A DNA stretch of 61,273 nt, filler included, from Sphacelaria rigidula (taxonomy: Eukaryota): assembly GCA_964200075.2 (NCBI GenBank). It is 5 parts of 5 records of this genome, joined end to end, with 100 filler letters (N's around TTAATTAATTAA, not from the genome) between each part and the next. Parts side by side here need not be neighbours in the genome. Positions count along the whole stretch, not along the records: positions 24,552 to 36,726 come from CAXNAA020004042.1; 4 more parts are not named here. One strand, given 5' to 3'. A program made the translations under genes and the position numbers. Each line of letters begins with the position of its first letter. The first letter of the stretch is position 1. This document shows, piece by piece, positions 24,552-36,826 of the stretch. The notes beneath the pieces were generated by a model. It did no database searches. It saw only the letters and a list, made by a program, of their open reading frames with translations, and was not told where the DNA came from.

Positions 24552-26952
24552 TAGGAGGGGAGGAGGTGATTTATCACCCACCAAAAAAAAAAAAACAAAA
24601 AACAGAAACTCCCCCCCCCCCCCCCCTTCAAAGAAGCAGCCGCACGCGAAGAAAATCAGATGACTTGTTTCTTTCGTCGAGAAGGCTTGTTGACACATGA
24701 CCGGGGCAGTCTCTCACATGATCGAACACGAAATCGACCCGACAGAAACGATTCAAATCGGAATCGACCAGCAATACCCAAGCCTACTACTGTGAGCACA
24801 AATAATGCATCCCGGACAGGAAGAAACTTGATCAAATGGCAAAGTATAGAGAATCCCAACCAGATCGCGACAACAGCAGCAGCACACGACCCAACCAGAT
24901 ACATGGTCCTGAAAACGGAACACAAATCCGCACATGATCGAACCGACAATCTGCCCCCACCACAAACGCCAACACCACCTCGTGTACATGTTCACGATAC
25001 GTACATGGTCAAATCCTGGATATTGTTGCAAATTACGCGTGACTTTCAACCCGCAATCAAAACCCGAGCCGGCGGAAGAGTTTCCCATATTATTCGCACA
25101 CAAGAATCCGACCGGCACCAGAAATAAAATCTTCGAAAAACCACTGATACCAGAATCGCTCAAGTTCATCACGGTGTACCAAACCAAGAACCGTACACTG
25201 CGAAAACCGAGGAAGGGCGGCATACATGCACGCTCAAACTCAAAAGTTCTGGCAAAACCGAACCCGCATCCTGACGGGCAACATGCATGTTCACACGTCA
25301 CCGTTAATACACACAAGCGTAGCAGCGAGGGGCGATGCAAGAAGCCCACTTGCAAAAAACAAATCTCACCAAAAATTGGGGGTTTTCGAGTGACATTTGT
25401 CCAGAACATCGTCTTCCTCCAAAGCTGGGCACGACTGCGGCTTATCCCCCAAATGTAACGGAGGCCATAATGTCATATATATATATATATATATACGTCT
25501 TCTTCGCTTCAATAGCCTTTGACAATCCGCAGCAGTCTCCCTCATTTCTATTACGTAGGCATAGCAGGGGGTCTTGACTCGCAACATGATCTAAAACGCC
25601 CATTATAGGACGAAGCTGCAAGAAACGTTACAGATCATTGCTGTCATCCAGGGCCACAGTGTCTCTGATGGGAGGAAACCAGCACCCCGTGACTTGGATC
25701 GGCATTCACGCAACGTCCGTGTGGTTATGAGTAATTGAGGAAATAACAACACTAGCTACAACAACAAAAACAACGAAGGAAATCAAGTGGAGAGTGGTAA
25801 ACCTGTACAGCATAGCACTTCAAGAAGACGCACGGGGTGACAGCCTCTCGCCTCTATCACCGTTGACCAACTCTACTGGATATCGGCGTACTCATTGCCA
25901 AATGGAAAAATCTCGCGGTGAGAGTGCACATGGTGCGCTCACTCAGTGCTGCACGTTACCAGCTGCAAATACACAAAATCAGCAACAGCGGCGAGGTCCA
26001 GCTTCGGGCTGGTGAGGTCTCGACGCATAAAAACAGCATGAAAAATAACTCCTTATCAACCCTGTAGTTTTCGATGAGCGATGAGGGGAAACAACACACG
26101 AGTATATTATGCATATCATACCGGGTGACGTGCTTTCAAGCGCGCCCAATGCTGTTGGGTAAGCACTATACCTACCCCCTTGACCCTCTGACTACACACG
26201 GGACATGGTACCGTAATAAGTACCATGCAACTAATAAGCAAGATACGAACCGAGCTTCACGAAATGGCGCCAACAAGCACAAGCTGATTTGTGGCACTAG
26301 CTTCTGGACCATGCCGCGGATTAGCCACACAGCATATCGTCCCTGTACACATGGCTCTGAAGTGCGCGAGTTAACCCGTCACCACAAAGCCGCGCCAGAC
26401 ACTCCTGTGTACACTTGTACGCTACTCGTACGACCCCGCTTTTGTCTGTCCACCTCTCTCGCTTCATTCCCTTGAACCGCGATCGAAGAACCTCAACTGA
26501 CCATGCCCAATTCCGGAAACAAGCACAACACAAGCAGCATACGATTTCACCAGACGGCGAAGAGACAGGCAGGCAGACATAAAATAGATGTTTTCGCCAA
26601 AACGTCTTGCAACAATCGCACGGATCGCATGTGCTCAAATCACACGTGGCAACATGTAGGTGAATGCAATCATCCAGATGCACCTTTCAATGTACCAAAC
26701 AGCCACAAAAATTCCGTGCTGCCGTCCACTCAAATAGAGCGTGACGTATTTTATCCCTCCGTCACAAGCCTCTCAATGAAGCCATCAACCCATTAAAACA
26801 AACCGTATCACTCGCTCAAAGATTTCAACACATGAGACCCCCCCTCCCCCCCCCGCGCGCCCCGCGCTCCGTCTCGAAAGCGACGCCTGGTCAATGGTCA
26901 AACCACCAAAGCAAGCAACGAATGAGTACCCCCTCCCCCCCCCCACCCCTCT

Positions 26953-27050
26953 CAATGGTCTTATGACTAGGGCATGTATGATCATGAGTACACCCCCCCC
27001 CCTCCCCCGTCCCAATGGTCTGATGACTATGGCAAGCATGATCATGAGTA
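26953..27050. repeat. Dispersed repeat motif caatggtctgatgactatggcatgcatgatcatgag in 60-bp tandem units with C-rich spacers
   Basis: Two tandem copies here, two at ~61107-61180 and one inverted copy at ~29675-29715. Confidence 0.6.
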
Positions 27051-27317
27051 AACCCCCCTCCCCCGTCCCGTCCGCTTCACACACACGGAACACCGCAACC
27101 TGTGCGGGATCGTGCTTAAATACTTGCACATACACACGGCACCTCATGCTACGGCCTTCCATTTCCCAAAATGATTATGAGAAAAAGGAAACATTCAGCT
27201 ATGAACACGCACAAAGAACGATCAAGAAACATAGATCAAGACCAACAGCGGCACCCGTTCGGCACTCGACGCCTTACACCACTGTCGGCGAGCCAGAATG
27301 CCAACACTGAAAATCTC

Positions 27318-30300
27318 TCAGGCCGAGACTCCTGGGCGCAGGTCCACCACGATTACACCCTCCCCTTTCTCCCCAGGAACCGGCCGTGTCCGGAAGCCCT
27401 TGCGCGTTAGATACGCCGTGATCAGAGGCCGAAGCCTCGCCACGCCATGATTACTGTGCGCTCCCCTGCCCACCACTATTTCCAAGCTCGAGAACGCCTC
27501 CATACCGCCGCCGCTATCTGAGCATTCTCGAATCCCGCCTTCCGGCTCTTTATTCCCGCCACGACTGGTGACGGAGGTCCAATTGTTGCCTGTTCGTGCT
27601 CGGATTGACTCCGGGCCTTCTTTTCCCGGGCCTTTTGGCTCCGAAGTGCTGGTCGTCGCTTTGGATTGTCGGTGTCTGTTGCATGCGGCGAGGATCGCCT
27701 CGACTACGCTTATTGCCTCCGCTCTGCGCAGCAGATGGAGGTCCACGGAGAGTCGGCCCGCGATGGGGCACTGGGACGGTCGCGGTAGAGCGAGCACCTA
27801 CAGCGGACCGCCGGTTCACGAAGGGAGAGTACACGTCGAAAGTGGAGGTATACACGTAAGAACAGGACGGATGTGCGGGAAGAGCGACTACTGTACAAGT
27901 GCCTCACCTTTTTCTTTTTCTTTTTCGTTTTCCCCTGCGAAACGGAAGGAGGGTATGCAACAACGAAAACAAAAAAATATAGAAATTGAAAAATCCGGGC
28001 ACGTCAAGTACGACATCCGTCTCTTGTGCTCCATAAAAATAGCAGCAGCTGTTGAGTCATCCTACGATAGCGGGGGGGGGGGGGATTTTGGGCCATTTGT
28101 TGCTCAAAATTTCGAGTCAGATCGTCGTTGAAAGCAGCAACGGGTGTTCGAACAAGCTTGTTGTGGATCAATAANNNNNNNNNATGTCTGACACACTTAT
28201 GAGCCTCTTTTTTCGTGCAACCAAATACCCCCACCCCCTATCGTAGGATGACTCTGTTGGAATACGGGTGCCATGTCAGAGCGCTGGCCAACGCCCCCAC
28301 GACCAAGACGAAGCATCTCTTCGCCCTCTTGGAACTCGCGAAAAACAGTAGAAACTCCCGTATATGCAAGCTTTCGTCACCGAAAAACGTCACTTCGAGT
28401 TCGGTGCATGAATCTGTCACATTAGTATACTTGAAATTAGAGTGGTGCCTTGTTTTGGTGGGCTGAGACATCAACACTTGCAGAAGAACAACCATATCTT
28501 GCCCAAGAAAACGTCAACTGCAAATCGTCATTTTTCAATCAACGGTTCCAAAAGGGTTAAGAAAACATATCGCGAACAGGCATGTCACCCTCGCGCCCCA
28601 CCGGACAATGGCTGAATGCAAAAAAAATCCCCTGAAACTATATGCAAGCAGCCGCGCCCCTGTCGTCAGAACGGTAGTGCTTTACTGTACAGTAGCGGAT
28701 CAGCACTGAGTTAAGATAAATAAATTGAAAAAAACGCCATACTCTCATTTTAAGCCTTTCTCCTTAATCGGGACGAGCCCGTACTCTCTAAGAAATCGGC
28801 GTATCTTTTCCCCGGTCCTTATATTTGCTCTCACATTTTGATATAAAATCAGCGCTTCCGCACCACGTCGACGCTCGTCGAATCTGGCTCTTCCTACACT
28901 ACTCACTTCATCACGCATTCAGCAATCTGAACCAGATTCTGCACAAAAGCGAAAACAAATCCTTCAGTGTTCGAACCAACTACCTTGGGCCCTCATCAGC
29001 TACTGCTGTACCAGCTACTAAAAGGCCACCGGGGCGTCGCGATATTTTCGATGCTAATCGTGACGATAGACGATCTTTCCCTGGGTTCCCATCGCCTGAA
29101 GACGAGAGACAGGTTCTGGCGAAAAGATGATTCGATCCAAGGCGACAGACGGCGAGAGCGGTCATCAGTCCACAATCGGAAGGAATCAATCGACCCGTCT
29201 CGCCCCCCCTGCAAACGGCTCCATATGACCGCTTCCGCACATCTGCAGACAAAAAAGCTTGGTGTATGTCCTTCCAAAACGTCATCCTGGAACTCGCCCA
29301 ACGTACATGCAGCCCCTTCACGTATTCGTTGCTCCATACCGCCCTTATGGTCCCGCCCCCGGGGGAGCGGATAGACAACAACACCACTTACAGGCCACAG
29401 AAGCTGGCTCGCGATCGTGTTTCCTCCAGTATCATACGGATAATTGACAGCTGAATAGCGCGCACGTGCTTCGTACGGTACAGTAGTAAACGGTAGTAGT
29501 GGGCAGCTAGGCGGTCCCGGCGACGTCCGAGGAATGCAATAATTTGTTTATTTGTACGGCGTACCCACTGACTTGTTTCTCCCTCCCTCAACTCACTTAT
29601 ACAGCAAGGTCTTGTTCGCCACGATCAACGCGGGCAGCTTGGCTCTGGTGCCCTCATGGAATGCGTTCAGGGGGTGTACTCATCATCTTGCATACTGTAG
29701 TCATGAGACCATTCATGGTACGTTCAGAGAGGGTGGGGGGGGGTCGGTGGCCCAACTCACCTAATGTACATGTATACATATATTTCCAAAAATGTTACGA
29801 ACGCAGTCATCGCATGGCACATGATCTTTAGGATGCCTTTTCCTTCAATCCAAATGACACATACACCCTAGCTCCGCTGCACACCCATTGAACGTAAAAT
29901 CGCGCGCGCGCAAAACAAAGGACAACGCCCTCTAATATTTCATCTTCAACCTTGACCTGAACGGTATGAACCATCGCAACATTCCCGCCCATATTTGTGA
30001 TTCGGACGGAATCACTGTTTTCCCAACATTTTCCCTTGTACTTCGTCACTATAAAGAAAGTGAAATCGTCATCACTCATGATTCCTCCTCGACATTCCCC
30101 ATGATTTTGTTAATTACATCTCACGTGCAAAACCGACCGCTTGTCGATCGCCGGTCCGACCCGAATATACGGATTCCGCTCTCGAAATGTTTCTCTGGCA
30201 GCGCGGAGGTTCAGCGCCTCCATCTCCCGCTTCCATTTTTGACCCACCTCCGACGGGTGAGCTGCCGCGGCGCCGCCATTTCTGTGTCGATATTTCGAAG

Positions 30301-32115
30301 ACGTCTCGAACACTTAGGTTGGACACTACAAGAGCCTCGATAGTATAAGTGCCTCTGCCGGACTGTCTGCGGAGGAGCACATGTCGATATTCATCAATTT
30401 CCTGTCTTCTCGTGCAGAAGCCGCCGTGCACCGCCCCGGTGGTTACACTAAAATGTTTCAACAATTTTCATCGCCGGTTACGGCGGAAGGTTACGATGCT
30501 TTCGAATCTTCGACAAATCCCCCTCGAATGATTTTTCTCTCTTTTCTTTCCTTCTTTTTTTTTTTACACATTTTTTTTCTCTACTTTTTTTTTTCCTTTT
30601 CTCCACGCCGTTGAAAACGTGAGGTCGCGAGTAGCAGACGCGTTGCGGGACGCGGTGCGGGAGCGCTGATCAAATCCATGATTGCGAAATGTGAGGCAAG
30701 TACCGGGGGAGAGAGGAGTAGTTGATGCTGACATGTTTTGAACCGGCTCAGGAAGATGGACACTCGTGAAAAAAAGACACGTGTAGATCGTCTTCCGTCA
30801 TGCGACCAGCCCTACATTTTGTTTCATCCACGACAGCAACCAACAACCAACAGCAGCAGCAGCAGCAATGACTAATTTCGCATCACTCGTATGCAAAATA
30901 AAGGAAAGGATAGCAGAAAAATAGCCCGACTCTCGTGAGAAAATTACACACACATGAACAAACACACATACACAGAGATACACACACACTGAACTTTCCG
31001 ATCGAGCCGCGAAATGGTCAACTCTAAACGGCCCCTTGTTCACGGCAGCGCCACGTCCTGGTTTTCAAAAGAATCGCGTAATCGTGGGTTAGAAAGGCCC
31101 GCCCTTGGTTTGAAAAAGCGAGAGCCATGCCTCCCAGGTTCAGGTTGTTGGTGAAGTCACACCGTCACGTTTGAAGTTTTGAAACCAAATAGGAAATAGT
31201 GTACTTTACAGTACCGTGTTGTGTGGCCAACTCGCGCCCCCCTTCCCCTTCCTAGCATTCATCAATTTGTGCCTGTCTCGCTTTACCTCCTTGTTCGTCT
31301 TCGGTTAATGTTTTTCATCAGTACTTGTGATTATTTTTCTTGTTCTTTTGTCCAGAGACGAGTGATGCTACGGTAGGGGGTGCATGAATAATTTTTGAGG
31401 CTAAAATTGTTGAGAGCCCTTCACCTCATCCGAAACACGACTTGCGAAAACGTGAGAGTACGCCAGGACTACTATTCCGATGTGCTAGGGATATCCCGAA
31501 TGAATTTGCAAACGGGGATGCCCTGACCCATATTTTTCGTGCATCTAAAATCGTTAGGAGCCTCTGAACCAGACAAGATTTAGCGCAGAAAGTGCACCCC
31601 TACCGTAGCATTGCTCTGGAGTTTCCTCTATTATAGCTAGTGCGTCCGTTTTGACTGACTACACGCACCTCCGGTACATACATCCATGTCGTGACCGCGG
31701 CTGGATCCCTTGGGGCTTCAGTTGAAGTGCAACAACCGCTCGATCAATCACTCAAGCAATGCATCAATGATAAACCAAATCCCCGATACCATACTGGGGC
31801 TTGCTTGCTCACCATCTGGCGCAACGCAACGGCACACCAAGACACGCGTCGAAAGGACGCAACTCACCGGCCTCCCCGTGTAAACGCCCCCGCCGCCTTC
31901 TGGAACCACACTTTCATGTGCGCCGCTGCCGCATCAGCGCGAGCGCGATACTCCTCGGAGGTCAACCCTTCATCCCCCTCTTCCTCTTCTCCCTCATCCA
32001 CCGCCACCCCGTCCTCGCCATCCTCCGCCGCTCCTGCTCCCCATGTGCCTCCATATCTTTCACGAGCAGCATCCGCGCATGTCGAACCCAATCTTGTACC
32101 CGTCGCGGTCACGTG

Positions 32116-32146
<31 letters not shown>

Positions 32147-33886
32147 TGTGAGGGCGGCTGCATCCCCCGGAATCGGAGATTCCGTGCGGCTTTTTTATTC
32201 CTTCTCCTCTTGCCGCCGACACCGCCACCGCCGCCTGAGGTATTGCGAGCAGGTTGCTGGTGCTGCCCGTTTTGGGCGTCTTCTTCGATGTCTTCGGTTT
32301 CGAGGAGAACTTGTGCGGCGGACAATGGGTCCATGTCCGAAGCCACCAGGGCAGCGATGATCTGCTCGCGCTCGACCTCTCCGCCGAACGCTATAGACAG
32401 CTCCGTCAGCGCATCCACCTTTTTTTCGTTTGTTCGGTGCGTTTGAAGAAGGGAAGAAGAAGAAGAAGAAAGGAAGAAGAAAGGAAGAAGAAGAAAAAAA
32501 AGGGGAGGGTAAAGTAGGGATCCCACCACAGTGTCGTTCTCTAGGGTGCGAGGTCCCAGCACAGTGCGGTCGAAGTCGCCGCTGTACCAGCATCAAGTAA
32601 TTGCACTACAGCAGGTATGTGTCCAGGGGTCCAATTACGATGCGGTCATCTCGAGTTGGCCACCCACGGCACTACGCGGAGACCTCTCCACTACACTGCA
32701 ATGCGCAAAGAGGAGCTTCGGAGGTCTACGGAATAGACATCTACACGCATTGCATGACGGCGTGGGTGTGTTATGCACAATACGTCAAGGAAAAATATAC
32801 GTCGACATTGTGGGGCCATTTGAATATCTTGCGTGGGCGCAAGCAAAAATCTTCACCCCGCTTTTTTTTCCAACCAAATTTCAGCTTCACACCTGACACC
32901 TGTACGAGGAACTGGGGTCATCTTACGCGAAAAATACCAACTGCTCCGTGCGTGAAAGCATTGCAATATCTGGAAAGCGGACGGGACAAAGCACAAGAAC
33001 AAGCTAGTCTACGACAGATGAAAAACTACAGAGGCACACAGACACACGGAGACACACATACGCACGCACAGACAGACAGGTCAGAGCTACGGCAGGCGGG
33101 GGGTGAAATGGAAACACACACAAGGAGCACACGAAACGCTCACACAACCCACTTCGGCCTCGGGAGTTGTGAACACTGAACACGACCCGGGGTATGCTCC
33201 ACATAAAAGAACACACACACACATACACACACACTCCATGATCGGAACACAAAACGACCAAGACGACGGGCGGACACGATACTGCTCTGGTCTCAAAGCA
33301 CACCACTTCTGCGAGACCAAACAGGCGCGGTAACCAACTACACACTCTCATGGAACGACGCACCCATAGACACACCGACGAGCACGGATGGCTCCTCTGC
33401 TCTACACGACACAAATTGTGCCAACAGGCACGGGAACCCAACCCAACCCAAGCCATCCCAGCCCAACCCAGCACAGCACAGCCAACACGGCACGGCAATC
33501 ACGCAAACAACGTCGAGAAACATTGTAGAAAGAGCATATTAATAGCAGCGGCAGCAGCAGCAGCAGCAGCAGCATGTCACCTGTTCGGGCGTCCACTCGG
33601 AAAGATCAGGCACATCGCACCCAACTTCGCTCTCCTCCCAAGACTGCGCATCGAAGCCACCACTAATGCTGCTTAGGCCACTCTCCCCCCCTCCGCTAGC
33701 GCTCCTGCTGCAAGCACTGCCCCAGTCTTCCGCAGCAGTAGTGGTGGCGCAATCTGAGAGTGTGGCGCTCGACAGTGAGGACGGGAAATCGGCTGGTGTC
33801 TCTATGGGCCCTTCGCTTACGAGGGCTGGCCTTACCTCCGGCTCTGCCCACAGCTCTTCGCAAACTTGGAAACCGTGTTTCACCGC
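27318..33886 (-). CDS. Smr-domain protein with CUE-like and DUF1771 domains (N4BP2/Cue2/NONU-1-like endonuclease family), 5'-partial
   Basis: Minus-strand exons 33886-33581, 32418-31868, 30281-30161 (or to 30125; donor ambiguous) and 27797-27318 (TGA stop) join in phase. CUE-like helix block VDALTELSIAFGGEVEREQIIAALVASDMDPLSAAQVLL; DUF1771 block EYRARADAAAAHMKVWFQKAAGAFTRGG...EMEALNLRAARETFRERN; Smr motifs VDLHLL..EAISVVEAIL and LEIVVGRGAHS..GVARLRPLITAYL. Confidence 0.82.
31351..31620. mobile_element. MITE family C, copy 1
   Basis: TIR gagtgatgctacggtagggggtgca / tgcacccctaccgtagcattgctc; second copy at 52042-52183. Confidence 0.65.
32115..32148 (-). repeat. Coding (CAG/CAA)n poly-glutamine tract in the Smr gene
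   Basis: Run of ctg/ttg triplets on the plus strand, in frame as Q11 in exon 32418-31868. Confidence 0.8.
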
Positions 33887-35371
33887 CTGACAGACACAGA
33901 AACGGAAGATAAATAAGCGGCAGGAGCGAAGCAGCACACCATCGAATATTGCAGTGATGAATCATGATAGTGTCATGACAAAACCAACAGTGGAATATGA
34001 CACTGTAATAATGGCACTGCCGACGGCCACGGAATGAAGTCAGATACAGTACAGAAACAATACAAGGACGAACAACGTGAAAGGCTAGGCAAAAACGCGC
34101 ACTACGAGTGTATGTAGAACACCAATCCGTACGGCAGTATGTGAACACACTTCGTTCTTCATCAACAAATGCAAAAAATGCACTCCCTTAGCGACTGATT
34201 TTCTACAGTAGATGGTAATTTGGACTCTTCACCATATCACCGTTATTTGGCCTAGTCATTAATTTGCAAAACAACAAGCTCGTTACCATGTACCGTAGTG
34301 GTCCAAGCCCAACAGCAACGCGATGCACAGTTGGAGAGCAACAAATCATGTATGCGAAACGAAGCAGTATGCGAAGAAAAGGACTGAAGAGGAAAATGCC
34401 GAACAAAAAAAAATAGAAAAGAAACACCATTTTGTGCCGTAAGAAGTAGCTCAAAACACGCTTTTTCCTTCTCTCAAAATCGCGGAAGTGAAGAAAAAGG
34501 CGATAAAGAATCGATCACAAGTTCTGTCATGATTTCTTCCCATGAAGATTTTGGCCTGAGGCAGTGAGATTCCAACCCTAACCCCAAAGCCACACAATCG
34601 GGCGGGCAAGGTGGTGCGAAATGATCAAACACCGTCTCGGCTTGAGTATTCATAGACGACACATTCTCATCCATTTATTATGTGATACAGGGGGAAAACG
34701 GGAGAATATATAGCAGCAGCAACAAACAGGGCGAAAAAGCTACCAGTGGGAGATATGACGCACACGAGACTGTGAAGGAGTCTCGCCACCAACAGTGGAA
34801 AAAAAACTTGTGAAGGCCGCTTGGTCATCGCTGGGATTGCCTAATCCGCTGCACTGTCAATGCCCGTCTGATCAAAAATATTGTAGTGCGCACGCAATGT
34901 TGTCATGTCAAAGTTGAAAATGCCATGGTGTGTTTGTTGGATGTCCGGTCTGTCGAGACGAACAAGGCGCTTCGTTTCCAGGCTCATCATTCGCGTGCTG
35001 TAGTTGATACTGTAGTGCACCACGTTTGAGCCCTACGAAGACGGTTCGATCTGCGATTTGAATTGCACGAGCGACTGTACAGTGGTCGTGTTCCGCCGCT
35101 ACGGAGATGATTGTCGGCACACAGCCCTCTCTACACACTGTCGAAAGCGTCATGGTGGGTCGACTGTTGCGTCTTCTGCAACACGCACAAGGCATTTCGT
35201 GCCCACACCAATCATTTCCATGGTGCGGTTGCCGCTGTACTGTGATGCGTTTGAACCCTGCGAGGACGGTGCGACCTGCGGTGGACACTACCTGAGCTGC
35301 CATACTGATGCTGTACCCCGGTCTGTGCAGAATTGGGGTGGGACGCGGTGCTGTTCATGTATAAAACGTTT

Positions 35372-35517
35372 TAAAACCTTGGAAACAACATGGTCATTAG
35401 TTGCAATAAACAAAAAAAATTACCGCGCCAATTATAGTTGCAATATGTCAATACTCTACGCGGTAAATTTTTTGTCTACTGCAACTACGTAATGACCATG
35501 TGCTGTCCAAGGTGTGA
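35372..35517. mobile_element. MITE family A, copy 2
   Basis: aaccttggaaacaacatggtcatt ... aatgaccatgtgctgtccaaggtgtga palindrome. Confidence 0.6.
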
Positions 35518-36726
35518 AGAAGTCACGTGATGTTGTCCAGGAGAAAATACAAAATACCTCATTTTCGATTTTTTGCCGTAAGACATGTTTGATTGAGTGA
35601 CCCGAATGGCTGCCGGATGTGTAGTGAGTATCTGGTGTTCCCGAACAGCCTGAAGAGCTGTAAAAGCTGTCGACCATGTCATCCGCAATGGCATTCATGT
35701 GATGTAGGATCCACGATAGGTGGGCTTGAAGCTTGAACTGCGAACCGCAAGGTGGAACATCTAACCCCTACAGGCTTGTTCACGCAAAAGACCCAAAATT
35801 CTGTCGTCAGCAAATGCCTTCTGCAATATGCACCCATTAATCGCATACATGGTATCATACTAACCGCAATGAACAGACGAAGAGGGTGACATAGTCGGAC
35901 TTTTGTTCAAGGCTATAGCGGTGGCGCTATGGACAAATATGTGTCTCGGCCAATCAGCGCCTTTCAAATTGTTCTGAAATTGAATACACGAATTCCAAGC
36001 CCAGTTTTCATCGATTCCCTAATGCTTCAAATCGTAGTGACCGTCATCATTTCAGGAATCCAACGGGAGACACAAATTTGAAAACGGTGCCAACGGGGTG
36101 GAATTATACCCGAAACCCTGATGTTTCGGTAATGTGGAGTTTGGCGTCGTCTAATTTCCACTGGTGATACGTACGAAAGACTCCGGGAGCCTTGTGACGA
36201 TTACCCTCATATATGTTGTACTGTAGAGAAGCTCAAGTCATCCTCGAAGTTGGCAGTTCAGGAGGTATTGATGTTCCAAATGGAAAAATTGTGTTCTTGG
36301 CAAGATTTTGAAGTTTCTCTGTTCTCTACCGGCTTCCGTGCGTCCCGGTACAAAGACCCCTGGAAGGCAGTACAGAATGCCTCAAAGGAAAAAGAAAAAT
36401 ACGATGCGTCCCGGGATAGCCCAAGGAACACACGTACAGATTTTGGTGGAGAAATTAAAAATCTCCCACAGTTTTTTCTTGTCTTGACGTATGATTCACC
36501 GAAAAAAAAACGGTTCCATAATAAAAAACCAAGTGGTTCGGAGTTTGCACGTTTCAAGCTCACATCCTCGCACAAACGCGCAAACCTTCAAAGGGTCGGA
36601 CAAATACTGATTCGTCTGGAAATTACTTGGTTTGAGTATAATTGATTCGACTCGTACGAATCAATCCCTAGGCTTTGTTTTCAGCGCGGCAACCCAGGTA
36701 CACGCAGCCCAGACACGTGAAACGGC

Positions 36727-36826
36727 NNNNNNNNNNNNNNNNNNNNNNNNNNNNNNNNNNNNNNNNNNNNTTAATTAATTAANNNNNNNNNNNNNNNNNN
36801 NNNNNNNNNNNNNNNNNNNNNNNNNN
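36727..36826. other. Artificial scaffold spacer N44-TTAATTAATTAA-N44
   Basis: Identical 100-bp spacer. Confidence 0.98.

Noticed and set aside
31691..32446. 251-aa plus-strand ORF with poly-Cys
   Set aside because: Antisense shadow of the GC-rich Smr-gene exon; the poly-Cys mirrors the CAG tract.
34474..34674. Candidate first exon of the Smr gene (MDENVSSMNTQAET...)
   Set aside because: No homology evidence and only a weak donor.
35015..35305. Two similar Cys-containing motifs (FEPxEDGxxC) 225 bp apart in one frame
   Set aside because: No recognisable domain or exon structure; probably a decayed duplication.
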